From Octopus vulgaris (lineage: Eukaryota), in assembly GCA_951406725.2 (NCBI GenBank), contig OX597828.1:72044001-72108000 (forward strand): 64,000 nucleotides of DNA, written 5' to 3'. Position numbers and translations under genes: made by a program. Position 1 is the first letter of the stretch, and each line of letters begins with the position of its first letter. Below the pieces are notes generated by a model, which searched no databases, was not told the origin of the DNA, and saw only the letters and a program-made list of their open reading frames with translations. Below, in pieces: positions 1-14,223 of the stretch.

Positions 1-100
1 ATACATACATACATACATACACATGTACAAACATACACACACACACGCACACGCACACACATATATACATACATATATTTATAACACATGAATGTATATA

Positions 101-133
<33 letters not shown>

Positions 134-250
134 GTATGTGTGTGTGTGTGTGTATGTATATGTGTGTGAGTGTGTATTTGGATATGTATATGTATGTGTA
201 TATGTACATATATGTATGTATATGTATTTATATATGTGTGTGCGTGTAAA

Positions 251-304
<54 letters not shown>

Positions 305-465
305 TACATGTACATATGTATGTATGCATGAATGTATGTATGTATGTATGTATGTATGTATGTATGTATGTATGTATGTATGTGTGTGACTTTGAAAACT
401 CCCTACAACACCAGATACTCTATCCCACATCAATTATACTTTCAAATCACACACACATAGATGTA

Positions 466-499
<34 letters not shown>

Positions 500-792
500 G
501 ATATATATATGATTACATATATCAGTCTATTTGACTATCTCTCATTTTATCCATACACACATACACAGTCAAATTCATGCATACATACATATACATACAC
601 ACACACACATACATGTATGTGTGTGTGTGCAAGTGTATACATTAACCAATTATATGTCTCTCTCTTAGTTTATCTGTGTGTGTATGTGTATATATATCTA
701 TGTGTGTGTATAAGTGTGTGTGTCAATATGTGTGCCCAGCTATTATTGTCATTTCGTCTTCTTTCTTTTTTGTTCTCTCCTCCTCACTATCC

Positions 793-843
<51 letters not shown>

Positions 844-2000
844 GCACACACGCAGACACGCACACATGCACAATCACACACACACCCTCCTCTCTATAGC
901 AACTTCTATTCCTGTACAACCATGCCACCCACTTCCCAATCGTTATTCCCTTTCAACAACACTCCCCCCCCCCCGATTCCTCCATCTCTTCATCCTCCTT
1001 CTACTCCTATGTGCCCCTCTTCCTCTTCCTCTTCCTCTTCCTCCTCCTCTTCTTCCCCCCCTCTCCTAAACTCCCCGTCTACCCCTTGCTCCTGTGTCAC
1101 GGGTTCAAAACCCTTGCCTTCTCATTCCCTTCTTCGCCTCTTCTTCCTTTTTTTCATCATCTTAATCACCACCACCACCACCACCACCACCACCACCCCT
1201 ACCACCACTTCTTAATCATCACCTCCACCACCTCCACTTCTTCCTCTGCCACTACTACTGCTAAACCCTCCCCCACCACCACCACCAACACAACCACCAC
1301 CACAGCCACCACCACCACAATAACCACAACCACAACTACCACCACCAGCATCATCATCGTTGTCATCACCATCCACCTCCTACTCTTCATCATCATCATC
1401 TGCATATGAATGTAATGTCTTTCTATATATATATATATGCATGTATTATGTTTGCACATGCAAATGTATAATGTGTGTGTATGTATATATGTATGTATGA
1501 AGTGTATATTTATGTATGTATATATGTGTTTGTATGCATATATGTTTATGTATATATATATATGTCATTATCACCGTTTAACGTCCATAGTGCCATGTGA
1601 GAATTATACATATATACACACCCATACATATACTTCTGTGTGTGTGTGTGCGTGGATGTGCTGTTTTGTAAATGCATATATATACTTAGTAAGTGTATAA
1701 AAGCGTATATAATATATATTCATATATGTATGTAGTGTGTATATGTACTTTTTCCTCAAACTTTCCAACAACACTAGATGCACACATTTACACACACACA
1801 CACTCAATACATAGGCATGCGTATACACATAATATATGCACAGTATATATACACACACACACATCAAAGCTTATAATGTAGAGTCTAACGGATTCTGCTT
1901 ATTTCCTAAGTAAATATCATGTATGTTCAGACCGAAAGATATGTGTGTATATATACATGTATCTAGATAAAAATTCATACATACAGACATGAGTGTGTGC

Positions 2001-2038
<38 letters not shown>

Positions 2039-2185
2039 GTGTATGTATGCCACCACCGCCAGCAGCAGCAGCAACACCACAATCATTATCATCATCATCA
2101 TCTGTTGATTTTCTCTTTTTTCTATTTGATACAACCAGCTGCTTCAATTAGCTACTTCTTGTAAGCACTAGGCACCCATCCCTCC

Positions 2186-2235
<50 letters not shown>

Positions 2236-2250
2236 GCATGCATAGATCTA
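1..2250. repeat. Microsatellite-rich block: (TA)n, (TATG)n, (CA)n, (CAC)n, (CTT/CCT)n
   Basis: Simple repeats are directly visible; all overlapping ORFs are dipeptide/tetrapeptide repeats. Confidence 0.95.
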
Positions 2251-2529
2251 CACATTATACATGCCTGACACACTCAATACATGTACTTTTAAATGTGTGT
2301 GTAGATTGTTATAGACTTGTGACACACTCGAGCAAGTGTTGTTGAAACAAACACTCTCTTTCTTTAAGACACACATACACACACGCAAGCACGCATGCAC
2401 ACACATGCACACACTTGTTTACAGGCATGTGCAAGTACTTGATTCTTTGCATGTGCAAGTCACAGAGAGAGACATATTTTTCTCTTCTGGTGCTTGACAC
2501 TTTGTTTTTCCCCCTCCCACCCCCACCCC

Positions 2530-2780
2530 ATTAGTTGAAGGGCCTTGTCCTGCAAGATATTTCGTGACCCCACTGCTGCTGGTGCCACTTGAAAAGCACT
2601 TAGAACACTCTGTAAAGTGTTTGGCATTAGGAAGGGCGTCCAATCGTAGAAACTATGCTGAAGCTGACATCGGAGCTCAATGCAGTCCTGCACCTCACCA
2701 GATCTTCTCAAAGCATTCGACTGATGCTAGGATGGCAAACGGACATTAAATGATGATGATGATGATGATGATGGTGATGA
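2530..2780 (+). mobile_element. Degenerate RTE-type LINE/SINE 3' tail ending in (GAT)n
   Basis: ggcattaggaagggcgtcca...aacggacattaaatgatgatgat matches the tail found many times in the window. Confidence 0.7.
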
Positions 2781-3009
2781 AGACAGGTGGGTAACATAAG
2801 ATGGAGACATGTATCTATGCGTGACACAGGTGATGCATCAGGTGACATATTTCATCCAGTCTCCGTCATAGAAGTTATTGTGTTGGGTCAAAAGTTTTGC
2901 TATATTTTGATAATTTATTTCTTTTATTTGTCAGGTTGCAACAAAAGCAGGCAAGAATTCAAAGAAGAAGCCATTGTGTTGCATCGTTTGAAGCCTCCTT
3001 TCTGCCAGT

Positions 3010-3136
3010 CAGGGGCAGACTGAGCTGTCGGTCAATTGAGCACTGCCTGAGGGCCCGGAGCTCTGAGGGGCCCACACTCTACATGCTCACTCTACTAAAA
3101 AACACATTCAAAGGGCCTGGTAGATAGTTATGCCCG
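3010..3136. mobile_element. Possible DNA-transposon (hAT-like) terminal fragment abutting the Tc1 3' end
   Basis: Starts caggggcagactgag with gggccc sub-terminal motifs and replaces the expected Tc1 terminal repeat. No partner TIR found. Confidence 0.3.
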
Positions 3137-4063
3137 AGGAGTAGGACCACCTTTGGCAGTAATTACAGCTTGAATTCTATGAGGTATGGACTCGTACAAA
3201 GTTTGAATTGTTTCCAAAGGAATTTTTGTCTAGTCTTCAGTTCTTGTAGTGATGATGGTGGAGGATATCGACTCCTTACTTGTTTTTCTAAAATGCACCA
3301 TAAATGTTCAGTAATATTGAGATCTGGGGACTGTGGTGGCCAGATAACATGTTCAGCTTTGCTAGAATGTTCTTCATGCCATTCAGTAACAACTTTAGCT
3401 GTGTGAATTGGAGCATTATCATCCTGAAAGATGGTGTTTCCCTCTTGAAACAGTTCCACAACCATAGGATGAATTTGATCAGATAAAATGCTTAAATAGT
3501 CTTGACTATTAATTCTGCTCTGTGTTTAACAGTTGGAAGAAGACAGTGTGAGTCAAATGCTTCTTTTGGCTGTCTCCACACATATACTCGTCTGGTGGTT
3601 GGAAATAAGGTAAAGGATGACTCATCTGAGAAAATAACATTCTTCCACTGCTTTAGGGACCAATTCTGTAAGTTTTTACTCCACTCTAAATGCTTTGCAA
3701 TGTTTGTTTTTGAAAGTAGTGGTTTTCTGATTGCAGCCCACCTGTGAAATCCGGCTTTGTGCAGCTCCTGGTAAACAGTTTTTGTGGAAACTGGCCTCTC
3801 GAGGTGGTCATTAAGCTCTGCAGTAATTTTGGGACCTGTACTTTTGTGATCCTTTCTAACAATTCGCATAAGAGTCTGAAAGTTTTGGTTTTCTTCTGGA
3901 GTTGTTTCAACGAGGAGCTTTTTCCCTCTTTCTCAGAGGCTGTCGTTACTTTCAAGACAGTGCTTCTTGATACACCAAATATTTTGGTTGTTTTCAATAT
4001 GCTAGCACCTGCCATACGAGCACCAACAATTTGACCTCTTTGAAAGTCCGACAGATCTGTCAT
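3137..4063 (-). pseudogene. Tc1 transposase pseudogene
   Basis: Frameshifted pieces: MTDLSDFQRGQIVGARMAG (paired-like HTH), VIFSDESSFTL, IFQDDNAPIH, WPPQSPDLNITEHLW, and C-terminal RIQAVITAKGGPTP. The segment normally following TVKH (GGGSVMVWG) is deleted. Confidence 0.92.
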
Positions 4064-4243
4064 TCTAATGAATTTTAATTACCTTTTTCTGATGATATCT
4101 GAAAAGAAGCAACAATTTTAGCAAAACATATAAAGCAACACTAATAATAATTAAAAAAACATAAAAATAAACAAACTTTTGACAGTTTTATAGATATTTC
4201 AAAATTATGATGCTAGGTGTTTCCATTATTTTGTCCAACCCTG
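3137..4243 (-). mobile_element. Tc1-family (DD34E-type) DNA transposon, decayed, one TIR retained
   Basis: Minus strand begins TA|CAGGGTTGGACAAAATAATGGAAACACC (TIR end at 4243, TA at 4244-4245), followed by transposase remnants. Confidence 0.9.
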
Positions 4244-4245
4244 TA

Positions 4246-4655
4246 CGTAACACAGTGTAATAAGATACAAAAATGTTAAATAGCTCAGTCAGATACATCT
4301 ATGAGGCATAGTTCAACAGGATATAACTATGTAGCACAATTTGCTTATACATGACAATGTGACACGTGTGACACAATTCTGCCAGATACAAGTATGTAAC
4401 AAGAGCTTAACATGATACAACATTGTGACAGACATCAGCAAGCTACATACAACAATTAACATAGTTTTTTATAAAATACAGCAATGTGTGTGACTGTGAT
4501 TTAATTTAACAAGATATAGCTAACGTGATACAGCATGTAAGAGTTTAATAATAATGTTCAACTACGTAACGAAGATAAACAATTATGTGACGAAATACAA
4601 CTGTGTAACACAGTTTAATGAGATACACAAGATATCTGATACAATTAAACACAAT
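4246..4655. repeat. Old degenerate minisatellite (~30-bp period, agatacaa...gtaacaca motif)
   Basis: Recurrent agatac/gtaacac/gtgacac words at roughly regular spacing; period estimated by eye. Confidence 0.5.
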
Positions 4656-5965
4656 ACATCATCCTCATCCTCATCATCATCATCTAATGTACACTTTCTT
4701 CTCCATGCTTGCATGGGGGAAATGGATTTTGTTGAAAGCCGATTTTTCCATGGCTGGACGCTCTTCCTGTCACCAACCTCCACCTGTTTCCAAGCAAGGA
4801 AATATTTCCCCCATGGCCAAAGATGTTTCGCATGGGAAACTCAAAGCAGACACCACCACTTTTATGATGGTCATCCTCATTTACAACCATCCCATGATGG
4901 CTACATGGAACGGTCCCAACAAACAAACACACATTCATACACTTTTCGCATCAGCCTTCTTTCTGGTGTGTCTTCTTGCTTTTTTTCTCCTGTTTTCCTC
5001 ATAGGCCAGTGTCCTGCTTTTTACATACATCTAACGATATGCACTGAGCCTGAAAGACTGCCTGGCGATACATGACATGTTGTATAAATTTGCCAATTTA
5101 ATGTATCTTAAAGCATGAAACTATAAATGGCCCTTTTGTAATTGTAAACATATATATATATATATGTAAAAGTAAAAAAATACAAACTGGGACAAGAACG
5201 TGAAACATTTAGAAGATGACACAAAAAAAAACACGGACGGGACATTCGAAGCCGTCAATCTTCAGTCAAGAACCGGATCATCTTCGCAATTTCGGCTGAT
5301 TTATATATCTGTGTGTGTGTGTAGCTTCTTTCAGTTTTCATTTATCAGATACATTTGCCACAGTTTGGTGGCCTTGGTCTATAATAGAAGACACTTGCCC
5401 AAGGTGCCATGCAGTAGAATTGAACTCAGACCCATGTGGCTGGGAAGCAAATGTCTTACCAAACACCCAAACCTGTGCTTATGTAATTAGTTACACGTAT
5501 CTTCATCAAGATAACAATTTGAATTCTTTTTTTTTTTTAGTTGTTGTTGTTTGAATCTAGTTTTTCATCCAAATCTGAAAATGTGCTTTGAAGAGCGGCT
5601 CTTTATTGGTTGACTTTGCTCTTTAGCAACATACCCAACCCAAGTGTTCTGCTCCGTGTTCAAACTGGTCAGATCCAGCCTCTCACATTTACGTCATTCT
5701 AAAAATAAGCGACCGACATCATTGAAATCGCCAAAGTACAACACAAGGCATAATTAATTCAAAACAATGCGAATAAATAACCATTGCCCTATTTTCTAGT
5801 ATACAAGTTGATGTTGTTATATAGTGAAAACACAGTGAAAACATGTAGTGTAATCATGTAGCTTAAACATTCAAACAGCATTACTATTTCCCTAAATTCT
5901 GCAGCATTTCACATGGAATCTTTGGTCCTACAAAGTCATTTGGGTGTAGAAGTCAATTTACTTAC

Positions 5966-6580
5966 CATGGTTCTAAATTTTGGTCTGAAAAATTTTACTT
6001 TTACGCTGGAAAATGTAGAACATTTGACAGACTAAACGGAATGCAAAAAGCTTCAAACTTGTGGAAGAATTTGATGACTATTGATGCTTTTTTCTTAACT
6101 GGGTACAGTTTTGCTTCTATATTTAAGGAAAGGAAATTGGAAGTTGTGATGTTCATACTGTTACCAAAAGTATCAGTAGCATAAGGCAAACAAAATGATT
6201 TCAATTGAGAATTGAAACTGCATTCAAAGTTTCAGCTTACTTGACACCACTCTGTGACACTCTATGACACCCTGTCAAATATTTGCCACTCTCTGACGAC
6301 TCTACGCCATTTGACATCAATATACACTCGTCTGTGTCAATCCATGTTGCAGTGCTTCTTATAAACACTTCATTCATTGTATGTTGTAATATGGGAAATG
6401 ATGATGATGATGGTGGTGGTGGCGGTAGTGTGGTGGTGGTGGCGCTGGTGTGGTGGTGGTGGTGGTTCTGCTGATGCTGCTGAAGGCGATGATGATGATG
6501 ATGACGACAACGACGATGATGGCAGTGGCAGTGGTGGTGATGATGATGAGGAGACGGAAGAGGAAGAGGATGGCGATGAT
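5966..6580 (-). other. Candidate 5' exon of a minus-strand gene ending in its start codon
   Basis: Minus strand reads gaaccATG|GTAAGT (ATG 5968-5966, donor 5965-5960). Candidate acceptors are ttcttcatcttcacAG (6582-6581) and ctgattcttctttgcAG (6672-6671). Upstream ATGs are also present. Confidence 0.35.
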
Positions 6581-6769
6581 CTGTGAAGATGAAGAACGGG
6601 CTAAAAACGGGTACAAGACATATTGTCGCAGACTACAAAGAGATAAAGGAATGGTAAAGACAGGAAGTCTCTGCAAAGAAGAATCAGGAGTTTTAAGGAC
6701 AAAGAAAATCTCTGGATTTAGAATCGTTTTTAGCCAAAATAAGCAAGAAATTGAAAAGATCATTTGACA

Positions 6770-7803
6770 ATGGCACCAGATGTCAACAGATGTAAGACAT
6801 TAACAGAGGCACCAGATGTGATTGGACACGGACAAGAAAGGTGCCACCAGATATAAAGGGACATTAGACATTAGCAGTGACACCAGATGTGTTATCTTTT
6901 ATCTTATATCATTTAATTGTTTCAGTTATTGGACTGTGGCCATGCTGGGGCACAACCTTAAAAAGATTTTTTTTTGTAGTTAAATTGATCCCTTGGGTAT
7001 ATATAGATAGATATGACTGAGTAGTTTAAATGAGAGCTGAAGTAGACATTAACCTTGGCATTAAATGTAGTGAGATACAGGCACTTGGAATATCACAATT
7101 GGTGGTCAGATCTAGACTCTGACATGACACCAGATGTGAGCAGATGGAGTAAGATGTATGCGCTTACAGTGCCACCAGATGTGGTCAGATCTACACATAT
7201 CCTCAGTATCAGATGCAACCAGATGAAGGCCTCAACTTTGACACCAGATGTAATAAGATGTAGGTACATACATCATTACCAGATGTGGCCAGATCTACAT
7301 ACAACCACGACACCAGATGTAACAAATGTAGACATTAAATTTGGCACCAGATGTAACAGATGTGGATATGACCACATACAACCAAACCACCATATGTAGA
7401 CATTAAATTGACACCAGATAAAACAAGATGTAGGCACTTACAGTGTCAGTAGAAGTGGTCAGATCTACACACAACCATGACACCAGATGTAACAGATGTA
7501 GACATTAACTTTATCACCAGATGTAGCAAGATATAGGCACTTACAGTGTCATTAGAAGTGGTCAGATCTCAATACAGTCAAGCCACCAGATGTAACAGAT
7601 GTAGACATTAACTTTATCACCAGATGTAGCAAGATATAGGCACTTACAGTGTCATTAGAAGTGGTCAGATCTACACACAACCATGACACCAGATGTAACA
7701 GATGTAGACATTAACTTTGTCACCAGATGTAGCAAGATATAGGCACTTACAGTGTCAGTAGAAGTGATCAGATCTCAATACAGCCAAGCCACCAGATGTA
7801 GAC
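6770..7803. repeat. Satellite with ~34-bp caccagatgt monomer and 103-bp higher-order unit
   Basis: Unit starts at 7481, 7584, 7687 and 7790 (103-bp spacing); degenerate monomers extend back to ~6770. Confidence 0.9.
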
Positions 7804-7982
7804 ACTGAAATGCCTCCAGATTCTGCTGCACACTGCAAGTATAACTGTTGCTATGCATCAAGTGCAGCTGGACTGATTGTTGCTGTTGTTGTGATCAGTG
7901 AATGCGACCATATGAGGGGAAACAGACCATTGAAAGACGGAGTGTTTGAAAGGAATAAAGGGGGGAAGAAAAGGGGATTGCT

Positions 7983-7995
7983 GTTGCCTAGCAAC
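7983..7995. promoter_or_regulatory. RFX X-box-like motif GTTGCCTAGCAAC
   Basis: Fits the GTNRCC(N0-3)RGYAAC consensus and lies in non-repetitive sequence. Confidence 0.4.
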
Positions 7996-8201
7996 AAGAG
8001 CGCAGCCACCAAATTAAATGGGTTGTTTTTTTTTTCCTCCTTCAACAATGAAAAATCCTGAACATTCATTTCAAAGGATTCTTTCCTGTACTTACAGATT
8101 GCAGCAATCCTCCTCCTCCTCCTCCTCCTCCTCCTCCTCTACCTCGCCTCCTCACCATCATCGTCATCATCATCACCACCACCACCATCACTACAACCAC
8201 T

Positions 8202-8241
<40 letters not shown>

Positions 8242-8341
8242 CCATCACCATCATTCTCATGATCATAACCATAATCATCATTGATGTTGCCACTGCCACT
8301 ACCAGCACCACCCGCCTCCTCCTCCTCCTCCTCCTCCTCCT

Positions 8342-8372
<31 letters not shown>

Positions 8373-8392
8373 AGTAGCAACAGCAACAGCCA

Positions 8393-8424
<32 letters not shown>

Positions 8425-9073
8425 GCAGCAGTGGTAGTAGCCAATGACAACAACAATAGCAATTACAACAACATGCCATTTGGGGAGCCACTCTGTGGCT
8501 GCTGGATCTACTAGAAATAGCAGCCAGATCCTTCTCAAGTTACACTTCCACCATGTTAAGAAAATAAAAAAAGAAGTTACTGAAGAATGAAACTGCAGTT
8601 CTAGAAGTTTGGATAAACAGCTGCTGGGATGGTCATGGCTGGGTTACATTTGATCGTTGGTTTACTTAATCAGGGCTGAGCAGGGGCTAGAAAACAACAA
8701 CAGCAACAACAACAGCAAGTACACCAATAACAACAACAACATTGATATCTGTAACAAAAGCAATAACGAAGACAGTTATAACAACAACAACAAGTTTAAA
8801 TGAGTCACAATAACATCACATTGCAACAACAGCAACAATAATGATTATAACAACAGCAACAACAAGTTTATGTTATGAGTCACAATGACGTCACAATGTT
8901 TAAGACATGCAAACAATATGATATCTCTCTTTCTTTTCTTCTTCTTCTTCATCATGTCCACCCACCACCACTGCCGCCATCAATTATACATGCATACATA
9001 CATACTTAGATATTCATACATACATGCATACATACATACATATATGTACATATATTCATATGTACATATATAC

Positions 9074-9198
<125 letters not shown>

Positions 9199-9264
9199 GT
9201 ATGTATATACATATGTATGTATATACATACGCACGCATATATACACACATGCATATTCTTTTAT

Positions 9265-9612
9265 TCTTCTACTTGTTTCAGTCATTTGACTGTGGCCACG
9301 CTGGAGCACTGCCTTTTAGTCAAACACATCAACCCCCGGAACTTATTCTTTGTAAGCCTAGTACTTATTCTATTGGCTTCCCTTGCCGAACTGCTAAGTT
9401 AAGGGGATGTAAACACACCAACACCTTTTGTCAAGCGATGGTGGGGGGGACACACAAACACACACACGACAGTCTTCTTTCAGTTTCCGCCTACCAAATC
9501 CACTCACAAGGCATTGGTTGGTCCAAGGCTATAGTAGAAGACACTTGCCAAGGTACCATGCAGTGGGACTGAACCGTGTGGTTGGTAAGCAAGCTTCTTA
9601 CCACACAGTCAC
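9265..9612 (-). mobile_element. tRNA-derived SINE, family A
   Basis: Reverse complement of the family-A copy at 23651-24070. Confidence 0.85.
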
Positions 9613-9619
9613 TATATAT

Positions 9620-9662
<43 letters not shown>

Positions 9663-10184
9663 CCATCATCATCATTATTTAACGTCCACTTTCCATGCTG
9701 GCATGGGTTGGACGGTTTGACTTCCGACTGAGAAGAAGGCTGCACCAGGCTTCATTCTGATCTGGCAGAGTTTCTACAGCTGGATGCCCTCACTTATATG
9801 AATCCCTTAACAAAGTCTGTGCAGTAATTAGCCATGTTACAGTTTTATGCACACCGGTTTCAAATCTAGATTTGGTTGATGATTATCCATTGTTTGTGAA
9901 GGCATGCGCTCTCACATTGAGACTGTTTAGCTCATAGCCATAAATTCATGACTTCAATTCTGAGATCTGTCTGTACAGTGTGTCCTTGAGCAAGGTACTT
10001 TATTTCACATTGCTTCAATCTATTCAGCTTCTGACATTTCCCTCTTTTTCTCCAGTTTTTACATCATGAAATATGCTACAGGATCAAAAATTGAGGGGCT
10101 TTATCAGAGTGACTGTGTGTGTGTGCTCCTGATAACATTGACATTTCAAAGGATTAAGAAGGGTATGGTACATGCACAGACAAA

Positions 10185-10185
10185 C

Positions 10186-10232
<47 letters not shown>

Positions 10233-10322
10233 AAGATAGATAGGTAGGTAGGTATGTAGGTAGATAGATAGATAGAGAAAGAGAGAGGATGGATGGATGG
10301 ATAGATAGACTGACTGAGTGAC

Positions 10323-10360
<38 letters not shown>

Positions 10361-10520
10361 CTAGATAGATAGATAGATAGATAGATAGACAGATAGAGAT
10401 AGATAGATTGGTAGGTAGGTAAGTAGGTAGGTAGGTAGATAGATATATTGATGGATGAATGGATGGAGGGATGGAGGGATTGATCGATTGATAGATAGAT
10501 AGATAGATAAATCAGGAAGT
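10185..10520. repeat. (GATA)n/(GGTA)n/(GGAT)n microsatellite
   Basis: Directly visible. Confidence 0.95.
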
Positions 10521-11599
10521 AAGTAGATACATGTGTTGATAAACAGAAAGATAAGCAGAAAAATAGATAGCTAGCTAAATAGGTCGATTGATAGATGAGT
10601 TGGTAGGTAGGTAGATAGTGAAAACATAAAGGTCAGGTAGTCTATGTATTTTGAAAACAAACAAAAACAGCCAACCATCCAGATTTTGAAAGATTTTCTA
10701 TTTAATTATGACAGGATCTACAATGGTCATTAACTCAATTGTTAGAGCTGTGAGGATGGTGCCAAGGGAGAGCAGATCCATTGCTAAGTCTTTACCAGAA
10801 GAGATCTGTCTCAATCAATAAATTCTTGACTCCCAGCCAAACACTCGGCACCATTTCTAAGAGGGAAAGAAGAACCGTTTGGGATCAATTAAAAGATGGT
10901 TTGGCGAAACGGAATTATTTATATTTGCCCAACCTGACTTAGCCTACCGTTTCCTGGTATTCAGTTGTCTCGTGCCAGTTCTTAAACACACACATACACA
11001 GACACAGGCACACACACACACACACAGACACACACACGTATACATACACATACTGATACACACAAACACATACACACACATACACATACACACACACACG
11101 TATACATACACATACTGATACACACACACACTCTCACATACAGACATACATATCACAAACACGCACATTCATATACACACCACAAACACACACTGATACA
11201 AACATACAAACACACACACACACACACACACACATACACCCACACGGGAAGACAAACACATATGCACACACTCACAACCCACACACACACACACACACTC
11301 GCATACACACACATGTTCATGATTGATAACAATGCCTAAATACTAACACACACACACACACACACACACATACACATTTTATTGATCTCATTGAATAATA
11401 CAGTTTCTGACTGTTTCGCTATTATTATCATTATTATTGTTATTATTGTTATTATCATTGCTGTGTGGCAAACTCGAGTGGATAAAATGGAAGTGTTTGG
11501 AGGTGGTGGTGGTGGGGTGGTTGTGTGTGTGTGTGGTGTGTGGTACGGGGTGGGGAGTGGATAACAAATGAAGCAAGATCAATTTCTGAGGAGAGAGTG

Positions 11600-12030
11600 A
11601 GATTTATTTTTATTTGTCTCGTTATTACCCGATATTCAGATACGATTTAGTGTAGATGGGGGGAGGAGGAGGGAGGAAGGGGGGAGGAGGAGGAGGAGAA
11701 AGAAATGCGGGTCCTTTGAAATCCATTTCCAGGTGGTGGTGGTGGTGACGTCGTTGCCGGGGGGTGGGGTTTGGCGGTGCCAGCGTCGATGCAGTTCCTA
11801 CTCGGCTGCCAGTTGTATATATATATATATATTAAAAGTAAGCGTTAACACTCACGTAAATGTGGTTAACACGACACACGATTGTCTTTAATTAATCAAC
11901 ACTCACGGACGTACTGAGGTGTTCACGCGTGTGGGTGGGTGGGGAGGGAGGGAGTGTGGGGTAAACATTGCTGAACAATGGTTAAACCACCGACCAAACA
12001 AATGGCATGAGAGTCAACTCAAAGCAAATA
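11600..12030 (-). promoter_or_regulatory. CpG-enriched unique island, candidate promoter/first exon on the minus strand
   Basis: Locally high CpG/GC content. Minus-strand GTGAGT donors at 11855-11850 and 11906-11901; Inr-like TCAGT at 11917-11913. Confidence 0.3.
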
Positions 12031-12039
12031 TATGTGGAA

Positions 12040-12442
12040 GTGTGTGTATATATATGTGTGTGTGTGTGTGTGTGTTTGTATGTGTATGTATGAATGTATG
12101 TATGTATGTATGTATGTATGTATGTATGTATGTGTGTGTGTATGTATGTATGTATGTGTGTGTGTGTATGTATGTATGTATGTATATGTATGTATGTGTG
12201 TATGTATGTGTGTATGTATGTATGTATGTATGTATGTATGTATGTATGTGTGTATGTATGTATGTATGTATGTATCTATGTATGTATGTGTGTATGTATG
12301 TGTGTATGTATGTATGTATGTATGTGTGTATGTATGTGTGTATGAATGTATGTATGAATGTATGTATGTATGTATGTATGTATGTATGTATGTATGTATA
12401 TATGTATGTATGTGTGTATGTATGTATGTATGTATGTATGTA

Positions 12443-12475
<33 letters not shown>

Positions 12476-12525
12476 ATGTATGTATGTATGTATGTATGTA
12501 TGTGTGTGTGTATGTATGTATGTAT
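12040..12525. repeat. (TATG)n microsatellite
   Basis: Directly visible. Confidence 0.95.
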
Positions 12526-12966
12526 TAATTGCTTGTAGGGAAACTGCTTTGTTTTGCAACCATAACATACTATTTAAGTGTATTAAAGGTTTATCAGTCA
12601 ATGTTGTGTCCGACTTGTTAGTATATAATGTTTGAAAAATGAAACAGTGTCTGTACCAGCAACCGATATGTATGTACTAGCTGCCAAGAATGTACTTGAT
12701 ATGTAAATTGGTCTATCCCATAGTGTTACATCACTAAACTTAGTGGCTTTTTAAGCAATGTATTTGTGGCTAGTTAAGGGGATGTGATGTGATGCTGAAG
12801 ATGGAGTAATAATGCCTAAAATACAGATGTACACCCATTCTCTATTTTTCTCACTTTCATTGTATTGTTTATGTAGATGTATTCATATGCAAAATATTGT
12901 AACTATCAGTACTGGCTCCAAATTAAATAGAAAATGTGTAGAGATAACTTATAGGGGATATATATA

Positions 12967-13142
12967 GTTAATCCAAACAAAAAAACACTACAACGCGAGG
13001 ACATGGAACAAATATAGTATTATTGGATGCTCAGGAAAGAAGGGAAGAAGGAGGGTTTAACGTTTTGAGCGGAGCTCTTCATCGGAAACATAGGAGAAGG
13101 AAAGATCCCAAGAAGGGAAGACTGAGGGAAAAAAAATCGCCA
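12967..13142 (-). mobile_element. Short Penelope-like repeat (family F) with a degenerate hammerhead motif, flanked by (TA)n
   Basis: Homologous to 15770-15975 and 19590-19782; minus strand gtttCCGATGAagagctccgctcAAAACgttaaac. Confidence 0.65.
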
Positions 13143-13306
13143 TATATATATATATATATGTGTACCGTTACTTGAAATCAAGGCAGAGGTATTGTATCTG
13201 TATGTGTGTACATATATATAGATACAATAGCTCTGTCTTAAATAATTAATGATGTGGGAGGGAAAAACGTCACATGATAGAATTGTGCCCACTGATTGGA
13301 TGACAG

Positions 13307-13468
13307 TTAACCCTTTAGTGTTCAAATTACTCTGACAAATGTAAAGCTCATTTCTTAACATTATTTTGAATTAATTATGTATTCTGTCATAGATTTGAGA
13401 TTTTGATGATGTTCTTGTCTATATTTAGAATGACATTGTCAGGTAGGTGTGAGAGGCCAAAGGGTTAA
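13307..13468. mobile_element. piggyBac-like MITE
   Basis: ttaa-CCCTTT...AAAGGG-ttaa termini; internally related to 53507-53969. Confidence 0.65.
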
Positions 13469-14144
13469 TAAACAATGTTTTGTCTCAAGACAACAGGAGT
13501 TGTCTCACCTATTCTCTCCCCAGCCGAAGAGGCCATGTTTCCCCACTTATCCAAGACTCCTTTTCCTGTTTCCCTCACTCAGATGAAGGGGTTTTGTCTT
13601 ATAAATTACTTGGTGACCTCACTGCTGCTGGTGCCATATCAAAATGCACCCAGTACATCCTCCAAAGTAGTTGGCATCAAGAGAGGAATCCAGACATAGA
13701 AACCATTATACAGTTGGCAGCATGGCTTAGTGCAGTCTTCTCACTTGTCATTTGCTGCAGAATTGTCCAGTTTTGAAAACAGATGTTAAAAGACGATGAG
13801 GTTGCACTTATGGTGAACTGATCAGTGATAACACGGGTCAGAAACCAGTCAAAGTTTCTACTGGTACAACAAAAACATACCCCAGTGACTACCCACGATG
13901 CTCAGCTACCCAGAACGTACTGATGATTGTTTGTGTTTGCAGGATTGTGCTGTAAGGGTGGGTATTTTTATATAGAATTTTTTTTTGTACTCTCACCCAT
14001 CAACATGGAACCAGTGAACAGAAGAAAAAAAATACTAAGGCACCTGATCCAAACAAATGGCAGGAAAAGGTTGAGACCATCATCACCATCACCATCACCA
14101 TCATCATCACCACCACCACCACCACCACCACCACCACCACCACC

Positions 14145-14223
<79 letters not shown>

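Noticed and set aside
2770-2810. Possible second Tc1 TIR (caggtgggtaacataagatggagaca)
   Set aside because: Weak similarity, no TA flank, and separated from the transposase end by unrelated sequence.
5170-5302. Penelope-like fragment with CTGAAGA and GAAA words on the minus strand
   Set aside because: The words are in the wrong order or lack supporting stems; not counted as a hammerhead.
6450-6767. Plus-strand ORF ending MICEDEERAKNG...
   Set aside because: No recognisable domain, half is trinucleotide repeat, and the splice signals fit the minus strand better.
6770-7803. CRISPR-like regularly spaced caccagatgt motif
   Set aside because: The intervening sequences are themselves repeated, there are no cas genes, and the context is eukaryotic: this is a satellite.
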